DNA from: Dehalococcoidia bacterium
GTDB lineage: Bacteria; Chloroflexota; Dehalococcoidia; Lucifugimonadales; JAGWBF01
DNA: 54,749 nt
Assembly (NCBI GenBank): GCA_021296025.1
Contig: JAGWBF010000003.1
Location: 1-54,749 of the forward strand
Reading direction: 5' to 3'
Shown piece after piece: positions 30,501 through 40,247 of the stretch (position 1 is its first letter; every line of letters begins with the position of its first letter). The notes under the pieces were generated by a model. It had not been told where the DNA came from, did not search any database, and was given only the letters and a program-made list of their open reading frames with translations. Made by a program: the position numbers and the translations under genes.

Positions 30501-32059
30501 TTGCCGGCGCTCACCAGGTCACTTACTTGTGACAGATGGGCAATGCCAGCCCCAAAGTAGTCGGTCAGAAGGGAGGGATACACTCCGATCACGACTATGC
30601 TTGCAGTCAACATCACAGCCGGAGCAGCTTCCAGGATGCTGGCATCGGTGATCAGGTCGAAGCGCTCTTTCCTTGGCCCGAATAGCACCCGTTCCAGCAT
30701 CCAAAGGATGTAGCCGGCGGCTATGACTATCCCGAATGCCGCCAGGGCTGTTGGCCACGCAAAGGCCTTGAAACTCCCCAGGAACACCATGACCTCCGCC
30801 ACAAATCCGCTCAGGCCGGGCAACCCGAGGGAGGCCAGCCCCGCGATGAGAAATCCGCAGGCGATGAGGGGCATCCTCCCGGCCAGCCCACCCAGGTCGG
30901 GGATGTACCTTGTGTGCGCCTTCTCATACACCAGCCCGACAAGGAGGAATAGCAGGCCCGTGATGGTGCCGTGAGTAAACATCTGCATGCTGGCTCCGGC
31001 CAGTGCAAGGCCGGCCACGTTCTCCGAGTCGGACCCGAAGAGGGTCCCTCCTCCGACACCTACAGCAACGCCCAACAGCACCAGTCCCATGTGGCTCACG
31101 CTGCTGTATGCTATCAACCGCTTCAGGTCCGTCTGGCGCAGGGTCACGATTGCTCCGTAGAGGACGCCGACCACGGCCAGCACCGCCAGCACCCATGCGT
31201 AGGTCTGGGCATGCTCCAGTTCGGGGAACATGCCCACGCAAACCCTGATCAGCCCATAACCGCCCATCTTCAACAGCACTCCGGCCAGCATGATGCTGAC
31301 CGCCGTCGGTGCGTCGGTGTGGGCGTCGGGCAGCCAGGTATGCACAGGCCACACCGGAAGCTTGATTGCGAAGGCAGCCACGAAGAACCAGAAGATAAGG
31401 CCGACGGGGACCACAGATGAGCTGCTTATTCCCATCAGAGACAGCTGGGTCATGTCGAAGGTGGCCAAATTCGAGGTCAGGGCTACCGCAATTATCCCCA
31501 CTAACATGAAAGCCCCGCCGAGGATAGTGAAGACCAGGAACTTCATCGCCGAGTACTCTTTGCGCCCGGTGCCCCAGATGGAGATAAGCATGTACATGGG
31601 CACCAGCTCCAGCTCCCAGAAGAGGAAGAACAGCAGAAAGTCCTGGGCTGCGAACACACCCATGACCGCCGTCTGCAGGACAAGCAGCCAAACGAAGTAC
31701 TCCTTGACCCTGGTCTGGATGCTCCATGATGCCAGCACAGCGGCCAAGCCCAATAGCCCGGTCAGCAGCACCAGCGGAGCGCTTAGGCCATCTACAGCCA
31801 GATGATAGCTGGCTGTAAAGGACGCGCTGCCAATTATCGCACCTTCACCGAACCAGTTGAACCTGTCGATGATCTGGAACCGCTCGGCCCCTCCCCGGTC
31901 GTAGAGGGAGAGCACCAGCCCCGACAGGACGAGGTCAGCCAGGAGCACCAAGGTGGCAAACAGGTGTACTTTCCCACCACTCCGCAACAGGGCAGCTATC
32001 ACAATCGCTCCTGCCAGGGGCAGGAAGACGGTCGCGGTCAAAAGGCCGTTAAATTCCAA
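30497..32059 (-). CDS. nuoM: NADH-quinone oxidoreductase subunit M
   Basis: 520 aa with FFLFWELELVPMY and HTWLPDAHTDAPTAVSIMLAGVLLKMGGYG. Confidence 0.9.
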   Translation of the reverse strand: MEFNGLLTATVFLPLAGAIVIAALLRSGGKVHLFATLVLLADLVLSGLVLSLYDRGGAERFQIIDRFNWFGEGAIIGSASFTASYHLAVDGLSAPLVLLTGLLGLAAVLASWSIQTRVKEYFVWLLVLQTAVMGVFAAQDFLLFFLFWELELVPMYMLISIWGTGRKEYSAMKFLVFTILGGAFMLVGIIAVALTSNLATFDMTQLSLMGISSSSVVPVGLIFWFFVAAFAIKLPVWPVHTWLPDAHTDAPTAVSIMLAGVLLKMGGYGLIRVCVGMFPELEHAQTYAWVLAVLAVVGVLYGAIVTLRQTDLKRLIAYSSVSHMGLVLLGVAVGVGGGTLFGSDSENVAGLALAGASMQMFTHGTITGLLFLLVGLVYEKAHTRYIPDLGGLAGRMPLIACGFLIAGLASLGLPGLSGFVAEVMVFLGSFKAFAWPTALAAFGIVIAAGYILWMLERVLFGPRKERFDLITDASILEAAPAVMLTASIVVIGVYPSLLTDYFGAGIAHLSQVSDLVSAGK

Positions 32060-32085
32060 CTAGTACCGCCCAGTCCCCATTTTGC

Positions 32086-34053
32086 TCAGGTCCACATGAA
32101 GGCAAAGAATACCCCTCCTATAACTATTGCTCCCAAGGTGACGATCAGCACGTACCCCTGGGCCTGCCCGGTCTGGAGCAGGGCCACAACCCTTCCAAAG
32201 TTCATGGATGACCAACCGATGGTCTCCGCAAAGTTGTCTATAATCTTCCGGTCCATCCAGTCCAAGCTTCCACCGCCGACGCCGTAGAACCCTCGCCTCG
32301 TAACCCCTCCTTCGAGCAGCTCGTCCATGTAGTACTTCCGGGAAAGGAGGTGGTGTGCCAGTCTGAAGGGGGCGCCCAGTGGCCCCGGCAGAAGGTTCGG
32401 GACTAGGAACAAGAACACCGCAGTCCCTATGCCCAGGACCGCAACGGCCAGGGACAGCCCTGCCAGGGAAAGGATGATGTCGGACTTGCCTCCCAGGAAG
32501 TCCGCAAACCAGTGGGCCGGAATTCCCAGGATGTCCACGACAGGGTTCACGAGGCCGCCCGCAACTACCGACGCCACAGCCAGCAAACCCATGGGCAACA
32601 CCATAACCCAGGGGGACTCGGCCAGATGCACCTTGTGCTCTCCTTGGTGGGAGGGAATGCCGGCGTCCTGTTCCTCAGCTTCGACACCTCCCCTGAACTC
32701 CCCGTGGAAGGTCATGAACACCATCCTGAAGATGTAGAAGGCGGTCATGGGGACAGCGGCGAACAGGAGCCAGAACACCACCGTGTCCACAGTTGAACCG
32801 CCACCCCAGGCATGGGCCAGAATCTCATCCTTGCTCCAGAAGCCCGACAGGGGGAAGATCCCGGCCAAGCTCAGCGAGCCAATAAGCACAAGCATGTAAG
32901 TCCATGGCATGTATTTACGAAGGCCGCCCATGTAACGCATGTCAAAGGTGCCGCTGGCATGGTTCACACTGCCAGCGCCCATGAAGAGCAACGCCTTGAA
33001 AAAGGCATGGGTGAACAGGTGGAAGATGGCAGGGACGTAGGCGCCGACTCCCAAGGCCGCCACCATGTAACCAAGCTGGCTGATCGTGGAGTAGGCCAGC
33101 ACCCGCTTGATGTCGTTCATCACCAGTCCCATGGTGGCCGCGAAGATAGCGGTGATCGCCCCAACCAAGGCGATGATCTGCATCGCATGCACCGAGGCCT
33201 CGACGACGGGAAAGAAACGGGCGATCAGGAACACCCCAGCAGCTACCATCGTGGCCGCGTGGATCAGGGAGCTGACAGGGGTGGGACCTTCCATGGCATC
33301 GGGCAACCATATATGCAGGGGGAACTGGGCTGACTTCCCCATCGCCCCGGCAAATATCCCCATCACCATGAGAGTGAGAGCCGTTCCTCCCAGGAGACCT
33401 AGCTGCACTCCTGCAGATATGTCGGCAATCTCCAGGGCGTTGAGCCCGTTTTCAGCAAATGCAGCCGTGTTGAAGAACAGGTATAGAATGGCGATCAGGA
33501 AGCCCAAGTCCCCAATTCGGGTAACTACGAAAGCCTTCTTTGCAGCAGCAGCAGCAGCCGGCCTCGTGAACCAGAAACCGATGAGAAGGTACGAGCACAC
33601 CCCGACTAGCTCCCAGAACACGTACAGCTGTACCACGTTGCTGGCAATCACAAGCCCGATCATGGAAGCAGTGAACAGGGACATTAGGGCGTAATACCGG
33701 GCGAAACCCGGATCGCCTCTCATATAGCCGAGGGAGTACACCTGGACCATCAGGCTCACCCCGGTCACAACCACCAGCATTATGGATGTGAGCGGGTCCA
33801 GGATAATGCCCAGGTTTATCTGCAACGCGCCCAGGCTCAGCCACTCGTGGGGAGCGAACAGCACCTCGCCGTTGTCGATGACGGAGCCAAGGGCCACCAG
33901 CGACAGGGCGAATGAGGCGCCTATAGTCGTGATGGTCGTAAGGGCAGCCAGGCCGGAGAACCGGTTGAGAAATGGCCGGATCACCAGGGCAATGGCTACA
34001 AAGGAACCCAGCGGCAAAAGGAATATAGCCCAAACGGCTGCCTCTTGGATCAT
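32086..34053 (-). CDS. nuoL: NADH-quinone oxidoreductase subunit L
   Basis: 655 aa with YVFWELVGVCSYLLIGFW, LHIWLPDAMEGPTPVSSLIHAATMV and the C-terminal lateral-helix region. Confidence 0.9.
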   Translation of the reverse strand: MIQEAAVWAIFLLPLGSFVAIALVIRPFLNRFSGLAALTTITTIGASFALSLVALGSVIDNGEVLFAPHEWLSLGALQINLGIILDPLTSIMLVVVTGVSLMVQVYSLGYMRGDPGFARYYALMSLFTASMIGLVIASNVVQLYVFWELVGVCSYLLIGFWFTRPAAAAAAKKAFVVTRIGDLGFLIAILYLFFNTAAFAENGLNALEIADISAGVQLGLLGGTALTLMVMGIFAGAMGKSAQFPLHIWLPDAMEGPTPVSSLIHAATMVAAGVFLIARFFPVVEASVHAMQIIALVGAITAIFAATMGLVMNDIKRVLAYSTISQLGYMVAALGVGAYVPAIFHLFTHAFFKALLFMGAGSVNHASGTFDMRYMGGLRKYMPWTYMLVLIGSLSLAGIFPLSGFWSKDEILAHAWGGGSTVDTVVFWLLFAAVPMTAFYIFRMVFMTFHGEFRGGVEAEEQDAGIPSHQGEHKVHLAESPWVMVLPMGLLAVASVVAGGLVNPVVDILGIPAHWFADFLGGKSDIILSLAGLSLAVAVLGIGTAVFLFLVPNLLPGPLGAPFRLAHHLLSRKYYMDELLEGGVTRRGFYGVGGGSLDWMDRKIIDNFAETIGWSSMNFGRVVALLQTGQAQGYVLIVTLGAIVIGGVFFAFMWT

Positions 34054-34054
34054 C

Positions 34055-34249
34055 TTACAGTTTCCTCAGGATCTCCTCTGCCACATGTTCCCTGCCCTTG
34101 GGCACCATGATCCGGAAAGGGGTCCGATCTGCCCAATCGAGGATGTCCCCCTCAGGAAGGATACGAGTGGGCAAACCCTCTCCTTCCAGGACTTCCTTCC
34201 ACATCTCGGCCGTCATCAGGTTGGACACCCTCTTAAACTCGGTCCACAT
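34055..34249 (-). CDS. Small DUF2007-like (putative signal-transducing, PII-like fold) protein embedded between nuoK and nuoL
   Basis: 64 aa. NLMTAEMWKEVLEGEGLPTRILPEG...RIMVPKGREHVAEEIL resembles the DUF2007 pattern. Its stop lies 1 nt from the nuoL start. Confidence 0.5.
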   Translation of the reverse strand: MWTEFKRVSNLMTAEMWKEVLEGEGLPTRILPEGDILDWADRTPFRIMVPKGREHVAEEILRKL

Positions 34250-34277
34250 ACTGCCTTCCCACTACTCGCGTAGTCGC

Positions 34278-34607
34278 TCAGCGTCGCATCAAGCTGGCTT
34301 CAGTTATGTCAACAGTTTCCCGGTTCCTGTAGAGCGCTATGACTATTGCCAGGCCCAAAGCTATTTCGGCCGCCGCAACGGTTATGATGAACACAACGAA
34401 CATCTGCCCGGTCAACAATCTTCCCAGGTGGTCCTGGACCCCCGTCGGAACAATGTACTTGGCAAAGGCCACCATTGCCACGTTTACCGCGTTGAACATC
34501 AGCTCAAGGGACATGAGGACGGTAATGGCATTCCTCCGAGCCATCGTGCCGTACAGCCCGATGCAAAAGAGGATGGCAGAGAGTATCAGCAGTCGCTCCA
34601 GGTCCAC
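34278..34607 (-). CDS. nuoK: NADH-quinone oxidoreductase subunit K
   Basis: 109 aa with 3 TM helices. LSLELMFNAVN and the conserved Glu-containing helices. GTG start 2 nt after the nuoJ stop. Confidence 0.9.
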   Translation of the reverse strand: MDLERLLILSAILFCIGLYGTMARRNAITVLMSLELMFNAVNVAMVAFAKYIVPTGVQDHLGRLLTGQMFVVFIITVAAAEIALGLAIVIALYRNRETVDITEASLMRR

Positions 34608-34609
34608 CG

Positions 34610-35653
34610 CTACCGATCCCTCGTGATTACCAGCGCTCCGATTATGGTGGCCAGCAAAAGCACCGCGGCCACCTCAAAGGGCAGAACGTAATCGTTTATC
34701 AGCAGGTCTCCTATTCCCGTGCGCTCCTCGGCCCCTTCGTAGCGTCCCTCGAAGACATTCAACACAGGGAAGTTCTCGACGGACACGCTCTGCCCGTCAA
34801 CGGACAATATACCGGTGGCTTCCCCGGGAACCACCGAGTATTTCAGGTCTCCGTCAGAGCCGACCAACCACCACCTGTCCTCTTGTACCTTCGGACGTAT
34901 CTCGACTACATCCTGCACAGGAGAGTCGGGCGCGTTTAATGCGCTAATCAGGTCCTCGGACAAGGGTGTGGGCTCCGTGGCCTCCATGAACTCCTCGGCA
35001 AACGCAGGATGCAATCTGGCGACCAGCCGACCCTGTTCCAGGAAAATCAATTCGGCCTGCAGTATCTGCGCGTCCGTCTCATAGTCAATCGCTTCCGAAG
35101 TCCGAAGGTTGGCCCTATGCTCCTCAGCAATTGCCAGGTTCTCATCAATGCGCTCTTGGATATGCCTCCCCACACCATCTTCCCAGTCAGCAGGGAGGCC
35201 GCCCACTGTGTTGGACTGCACCGCTTCGGTAGCCCAACCCAAGCCCCGGACATCCAGTCGTTCCTGGATAAGCTGCTGCTGACCAGTTGAAGCTACATCC
35301 AACCCCGGTTGCTGGTTCCAGTCGGTGTCCAATGCTACGTAAATAAGGGCAGCCAACAGCAGCGCTGGGAGTACGACCGCGGGAAGCTGAAGCCGATTCG
35401 GCAGGTTGCCTTGCTGCACCTCCCTGGTGAGCATGATGGCGAATACGATGAGGATAGCCACAGCGCCCACGTAAATCAGTAGCTGAACGACAGCCAGGAA
35501 CTCGGCGCTCATCAGCACGAAGAGGCCCGCCACCGTCATGAAGACGAGGACAAGGAGAAGGGCTGCCCGAAACACATCCCTGACAAGTACAACGCCCAAG
35601 GCGCCACCGACACCTGCGGCCGACAGCATCCAGAATGCTATCTCCTGAAACAC
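34610..35653 (-). CDS. nuoJ: NADH-quinone oxidoreductase subunit J carrying a ~200-aa hydrophilic insertion
   Basis: The N-terminal 108 aa are NuoJ TM1-4 (LAVVQLLIYVGAVAILIVFAIML). The C-terminal YVLPFEVAAVLLLATIIGALVI is the conserved last helix. Residues ~109-318 are acidic and hydrophilic with no TM segment. Total length is 347 aa versus the usual ~170-200 aa. Confidence 0.85.
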   Translation of the reverse strand: MFQEIAFWMLSAAGVGGALGVVLVRDVFRAALLLVLVFMTVAGLFVLMSAEFLAVVQLLIYVGAVAILIVFAIMLTREVQQGNLPNRLQLPAVVLPALLLAALIYVALDTDWNQQPGLDVASTGQQQLIQERLDVRGLGWATEAVQSNTVGGLPADWEDGVGRHIQERIDENLAIAEEHRANLRTSEAIDYETDAQILQAELIFLEQGRLVARLHPAFAEEFMEATEPTPLSEDLISALNAPDSPVQDVVEIRPKVQEDRWWLVGSDGDLKYSVVPGEATGILSVDGQSVSVENFPVLNVFEGRYEGAEERTGIGDLLINDYVLPFEVAAVLLLATIIGALVITRDR

Positions 35654-35772
35654 CGGTTTTCTTGCATCCTCTCGGTTCTAATTTGAGATGATGGAATGCC
35701 TACCCTGGATTTCATCTCGACTAATGTAGCCATTCCTTCCCTGCTATGGGCATTCGGTCTCACTGCCGGACC

Positions 35773-36363
35773 CTAAGACTCAGCAGATGACGACCGGCCT
35801 TCGCCGATATCCGCCCTATTTATTCTTGCTCCCGACTTTTCGTGTTGGTGCCACCGGTTCTGCTCTCTTCCCACTTCTTTCCAGGATAGTGGTGGACCGT
35901 CGTGGGGACTATATCCGGCGTTCTCGAGCTGGGGCCGGAACCAGGTGCTGGGTCTTTTCTCCGCTTGGCGGAGCTCATCTATGCCGATAACCAGCTCGCT
36001 GCGGGCATAGCGTCCCCGCTCGAAACCACTACCCATGAACAGCGCATCGTAGGGGCACGCCTCGACGCACAGCCCGCAGAACATGCAACGCCCAATGTCT
36101 ATGTCGAACACTTCCAGGTTGTACTTGTCGCCCTGGGGTTTGGCGGTGCCGCTGGGGGAAGTTACGATCTTGATGATTCCCAGGGGGCAGTACTTGGCAC
36201 AGGATGCGCATCCAGTACATCGCTCTTCGTACCACCCGAACTCTTCACCCCGGAACCTGGGATGTTGGGAAACCCTTTCCTCAGGGTACTGAATCGTAAA
36301 GGGTTTCCTGGTCAGGTTCTTCAGGGTGATCATCAGGCCCTTGGCAAGTCCAAGACCGTACAT
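35773..36363 (-). CDS. nuoI: NADH-quinone oxidoreductase subunit I (2x[4Fe-4S]) with a ~50-aa C-terminal tail
   Basis: MYGLGLAKGLMITLKNLTRKPFTIQYPEE, CTGCASCAKYCP and CMFCGLCVEACP. I prefer the ATG at 36363, with AGGGAG 12 nt upstream. The track ORF begins at 36429. Confidence 0.85.
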   Translation of the reverse strand: MYGLGLAKGLMITLKNLTRKPFTIQYPEERVSQHPRFRGEEFGWYEERCTGCASCAKYCPLGIIKIVTSPSGTAKPQGDKYNLEVFDIDIGRCMFCGLCVEACPYDALFMGSGFERGRYARSELVIGIDELRQAEKRPSTWFRPQLENAGYSPHDGPPLSWKEVGREQNRWHQHEKSGARINRADIGEGRSSSAES

Positions 36364-36459
36364 GCTATGCCCCATCTCCCTGCCCGGCAGCGGGCAAGGT
36401 CGTTCTCGAAGGCCAGGCCCCGGTTCCAAATGTGCTTTGCGGTGGGCGTACCTTGTCTC

Positions 36460-37599
36460 TCACGACGTTACTAGGGCGAGGGGAATATTTATTGCAGCCA
36501 TAAGGCCCAGGTCCCCCCTCGAAAGGGCTCCTGTGTCATCTCGAAGCCAGTAGACCTGCAGGGTGGTTGCGAAAATGTTGATCAAGCTCAGCGGGAACAG
36601 GAATTTCCACGCGAAGGCCATTATCTGGTCTATACGCAGCCTGGGGAAGGTTGCCCTGATCCAGATGAACAGGAACACAAAGAACCCCAATTTCATCAGG
36701 AACCAGAGGGCCCCCAGCTGGCCGGAAAGAAATGGACCGCTCCAGCCGCCCAGGAACAGGGTGGATGCCACAGCCGATGCTGCGACCACGCCTCCGAACT
36801 CTGCCATCTGCACCAGGGCAAACTTGATGCCGCTGTACTCGGTGTGATAGCCGGCCACAAGCTCCGATTCCGCTTCCACGATGTCGAAGGGGGTGCGGTT
36901 CAGCTCCGCCGAGATTCCCAGCAGGAACACCAATATCCCCAGGGGCTGCACCACGATAAAGGGCAGATGCTGCGCGTTGACCACATCCACCAAGCTCATG
37001 GACCCTGCCAGAAGTACGATGCCGACCATGGAGAGAACAGTGGGAATCTCATAGCTGATCAGCATGGCCACGCCCCGCATAGCTCCGAACATGGCGTAGC
37101 GGTTCCCCGAAGACCAGCCTGCCATGAAAATGCCCAGGGTGCTCAGACCGGTAATGGCCACAAGGTAGAGGACCCCGATATTCAGGTCTGCCAGGAAGGT
37201 ATTCCTGGCGATGGGAACCACCGCCAGCCCGGCTATCAACGGGAATACAACCACGATGGGCACCATCAGGAACGCAATCCGGTCCGCGCCCTGGGGCACC
37301 AGATCTTCCTTTGTCAACAGCTTTACAAGGTCGGCGATCGGCTGTAGGAGTCCGAAGGGTCCCCACCGGTTGGGCCCCAAACGGTTTTGCATTCTCCCCA
37401 GTACGCGCCTCTCCAGCCACACGTACAGGGCAGCGCCCAGAAGCACGCCATTGACCAGGATAAGAATGATCAGAAATCCCGAGATGATGTGGTCGAGCCA
37501 GCACAGGGAACTTGGGATGAACTCGCCAATGGCGTTGTAAATGTGCCTGTAAAGCACATTGTCATGGAACAGGCTGTCGGGGCCTATGCTGCAGTTCAC
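36460..37599 (-). CDS. nuoH: NADH-quinone oxidoreductase subunit H
   Basis: 379 aa with ERRVLGRMQNRLGPNRWGPFGLLQPIADLVKL and AELNRTPFDIVEAESELVAGYHTEYSG. GTGA overlap with the nuoD stop. Confidence 0.9.
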   Translation of the reverse strand: MNCSIGPDSLFHDNVLYRHIYNAIGEFIPSSLCWLDHIISGFLIILILVNGVLLGAALYVWLERRVLGRMQNRLGPNRWGPFGLLQPIADLVKLLTKEDLVPQGADRIAFLMVPIVVVFPLIAGLAVVPIARNTFLADLNIGVLYLVAITGLSTLGIFMAGWSSGNRYAMFGAMRGVAMLISYEIPTVLSMVGIVLLAGSMSLVDVVNAQHLPFIVVQPLGILVFLLGISAELNRTPFDIVEAESELVAGYHTEYSGIKFALVQMAEFGGVVAASAVASTLFLGGWSGPFLSGQLGALWFLMKLGFFVFLFIWIRATFPRLRIDQIMAFAWKFLFPLSLINIFATTLQVYWLRDDTGALSRGDLGLMAAINIPLALVTS

Positions 37600-38702
37600 C
37601 GATCAACCTCGCCCATGTTTATGTCGATGCTCCCCAGGTTGACGATCATGTCTGCCAGCTTCCAGCCGATGAGCAGGTCCTTGATCATCGTCAGGTTGAG
37701 CAAAGAGGGCGAACGTATCTTGCATCGGTAGGGAGATATCCCCCCGTCGCTGATCAGATAGAAGCCAAGCTCGCCCTTGGGGGATTCAACGCGCCCGTAG
37801 GACTCAGCCCCCTTGGGCGGACGCAGCACCAGGGGCAGCTCCGCTCGCACCGGGCCCGGGGGCATCTGCTCCACGCATTGTCGGACGATTCTCAGGCTCT
37901 GGCGCATCTCCTGCATTCGCACCCAGAACCTGTCCAGGTTGTCGCCGTTGGTGCCGACCGGCACATCGAACTCCAGCCCGTCGTACACATCGTAGGGGTC
38001 GGCCTTTCGCCAGTCCCAAGCCAGCCCGCTGGCCCGCAGTATGGGGCCGCTGGCCGAGCAGGCGATAAGCCTGTCCAGGGGCAGATTGCCGACGTTTCGC
38101 ACCCTCACAAGAATGATTTCGTTCTCCGCAAGGAGCTGTTCCAGCTCATCCAGGTAGGACGGCATGTAGTCCAGGAACCGGTCCAGGGCGGGCCAGAAGT
38201 CCTCGGGGGCGTCGTAATACACCCCCCCGGGCCTCATGTAGCTCACGGTAATGCGAGCGCCGCACAGCATCTCGAAAAGGTCCAGGATGCGCTCCCGCTC
38301 CCGGAAGCAGTACATCAACGGCGTGCCCAAGGCCCCCAGGTCCTGGAGCAGGAAGCCGGTGGCCACCAGGTGGCTGGCGATACGCTGGAGCTCGGCTGCC
38401 ATAACCCTCAGGTACTGGCCCCTTATGGGCACCTCTATGCCCATGAGTCTCTCGACGGCAAGGCAATATGCTTGATTGTTGGTCATGGAGGCCACGTAGT
38501 CCAGCCGGTCGGTGAGGGTGACAATCTGGGTATAGTTGCGCTCTTCGGCAAGCTTTTCGGTGCCCCGGTGCAGGTACCCGAATATGGGCTCCACATCCAC
38601 GATCATCTCGCCATCGAAGGTCACGCGAAGGCGAAAGACCCCGTGGGTGCTGGGATGCTGGGGCCCGATGTTGACGGTGATGGGCTCGGTGCGAATCGGC
38701 AT
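37596..38702 (-). CDS. nuoD: NADH-quinone oxidoreductase subunit D
   Basis: NIGPQHPSTHGVFRL plus the C-terminal SIDINMGEVDR. The ATG at 38702 lies 8 nt after the nuoC stop. An alternative ATG at 38726 would overlap nuoC. Confidence 0.88.
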   Translation of the reverse strand: MPIRTEPITVNIGPQHPSTHGVFRLRVTFDGEMIVDVEPIFGYLHRGTEKLAEERNYTQIVTLTDRLDYVASMTNNQAYCLAVERLMGIEVPIRGQYLRVMAAELQRIASHLVATGFLLQDLGALGTPLMYCFRERERILDLFEMLCGARITVSYMRPGGVYYDAPEDFWPALDRFLDYMPSYLDELEQLLAENEIILVRVRNVGNLPLDRLIACSASGPILRASGLAWDWRKADPYDVYDGLEFDVPVGTNGDNLDRFWVRMQEMRQSLRIVRQCVEQMPPGPVRAELPLVLRPPKGAESYGRVESPKGELGFYLISDGGISPYRCKIRSPSLLNLTMIKDLLIGWKLADMIVNLGSIDINMGEVDR

Positions 38703-38709
38703 GGTCGGC

Positions 38710-39168
38710 CTAGTACTCCACCGCATCCTGGAAATCTTTGCGCAGCGGATGCCCCGGAAAGCCTTCCCAAAGCAGGATTCGCTTCATGTTGGGGTGGCCC
38801 TCGAACCTGACGCCCATCAGGTCCCAGATCTCTCTCTCCTGGTAGTCAGCCCCCGGCCAAATCTCGATGACTGACGGGACTTCAGGTTCGCCCCTGCCGG
38901 GCACCCTTGTCCTCAGGAAGGTGCTGTGGTTGAACTCGAAAGAGGTCATCAGATAGACGACCTCGAAGTGGTCTATGTAATCAACCGCCGAGATGGAGTT
39001 CAGGAATTCGAGCTTCAGCTCGGGGTCTTCCTTCAGGAACCTGCAGACATCCGCGATAAGGGGCGGTTTTATCCACAGGTGAGATGCTGTCTGCTCTTCC
39101 ACAGAGTCGGGATAAGCTGCCTGAATGTGCTGGGCCAGTTCCCCCACATCAAGGAAGCTGGTCATCAT
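38710..39168 (-). CDS. nuoC: NADH-quinone oxidoreductase subunit C
   Basis: 152 aa with [41 protein letters not shown]. Confidence 0.9.
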   Translation of the reverse strand: MMTSFLDVGELAQHIQAAYPDSVEEQTASHLWIKPPLIADVCRFLKEDPELKLEFLNSISAVDYIDHFEVVYLMTSFEFNHSTFLRTRVPGRGEPEVPSVIEIWPGADYQEREIWDLMGVRFEGHPNMKRILLWEGFPGHPLRKDFQDAVEY

Positions 39169-39782
39169 TCACCTGCAACGTTGCCCCGCAGACTGTAGCG
39201 TTTGATCTTTTCGTGGAGCTGCATGATCCCGTAGAGAAGGGCATCGGGCCGGGGCGGGCAGCCGGGCACATACACATCCACCGGGACGATGTGGTTGACG
39301 CCGGGCACCACGCTGTAGCAGGAGTAGTAGGGTCCACCGCTGGTGGCGCAAACGCCCATGGAGATGACCCACTTGGGTTCGCCCATCTGGTCGTAGATCC
39401 GTCGTATGGCCGGCGCCATCTTCCAGGTGACGGTGCCTGCGACGATCATCAGGTCCGCCTGCCTCGGTGTGGCCCTGAAGGCCTCCATCCCAAACCGGGC
39501 TATGTCGAACCTTCCCATCGCTGTGGCCATCATCTCGAACGCGCAGCAGGCCAATCCGAAGGCCACGGGCCACAGGGCCGACTTGCGCCCCCAGTTCAGC
39601 AGGGCATCCACCGAGGTGACCATCACATTCCGGGACAGGTCATCAGGCACCTGGATCAGAGGTTCAGGATAAGGTTGGGCGCTGTTCCGGCGCATGTCGC
39701 TGACCACTCGCCCTTCCTCCAGGTCCAGGCTCCAGGTACGGGCGCTCAGGGGGCCTGCGCCATCTTGTATTTCCTGGGTCAT
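39165..39782 (-). CDS. nuoB: NADH-quinone oxidoreductase subunit B (N-terminal ~35-aa extension)
   Basis: [32 protein letters not shown] and [14 protein letters not shown]. The ATG at 39782 lies 2 nt after the nuoA stop. The track ORF from 40013 is out-of-frame overlap with nuoA. Confidence 0.9.
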   Translation of the reverse strand: MTQEIQDGAGPLSARTWSLDLEEGRVVSDMRRNSAQPYPEPLIQVPDDLSRNVMVTSVDALLNWGRKSALWPVAFGLACCAFEMMATAMGRFDIARFGMEAFRATPRQADLMIVAGTVTWKMAPAIRRIYDQMGEPKWVISMGVCATSGGPYYSCYSVVPGVNHIVPVDVYVPGCPPRPDALLYGIMQLHEKIKRYSLRGNVAGE

Positions 39783-39784
39783 TC

Positions 39785-40168
39785 CTATCTCCACTCCAGG
39801 TCCTGTTTTCGCCAAGCGTAAACCCAGCCGAGCATCAGTATAAGGATGAACACCATCATCGCTATCAGGGCAAACAGGCCAAGCTGATTGAACTTGACTG
39901 CCCAAGGATAGATGAAGACCACCCCGACATCGAAGATGATGAACAGGAGGGCGTACAGGTAGAAACGGAAGTTGAACTGTCCCCATTTGCCTCCGATGGT
40001 CTGCATCCCGCACTCATAGACCTCGGACTTGACGTCACTGGGCTTCTGGGGACGTATCTTGACTTTGGAAGCAGCCCACGACAGCATCAACATGCTGGTG
40101 GGAACTATGACGGCTACTATGCCGAGAATTGCAACAAGGCCGTACTGACGCAGATAATCGTCGACCAT
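39785..40168 (-). CDS. nuoA: NADH-quinone oxidoreductase subunit A
   Basis: 127 aa with 3 TM helices. [34 protein letters not shown]. Confidence 0.9.
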   Translation of the reverse strand: MVDDYLRQYGLVAILGIVAVIVPTSMLMLSWAASKVKIRPQKPSDVKSEVYECGMQTIGGKWGQFNFRFYLYALLFIIFDVGVVFIYPWAVKFNQLGLFALIAMMVFILILMLGWVYAWRKQDLEWR

Positions 40169-40247
40169 GCTCCCCTAAACACACCCTGCATTTGGCCTAG
40201 GAAATATAACATAGGCAGACCCCTGGCGCAAGGAAAGAGCCTGCCCT

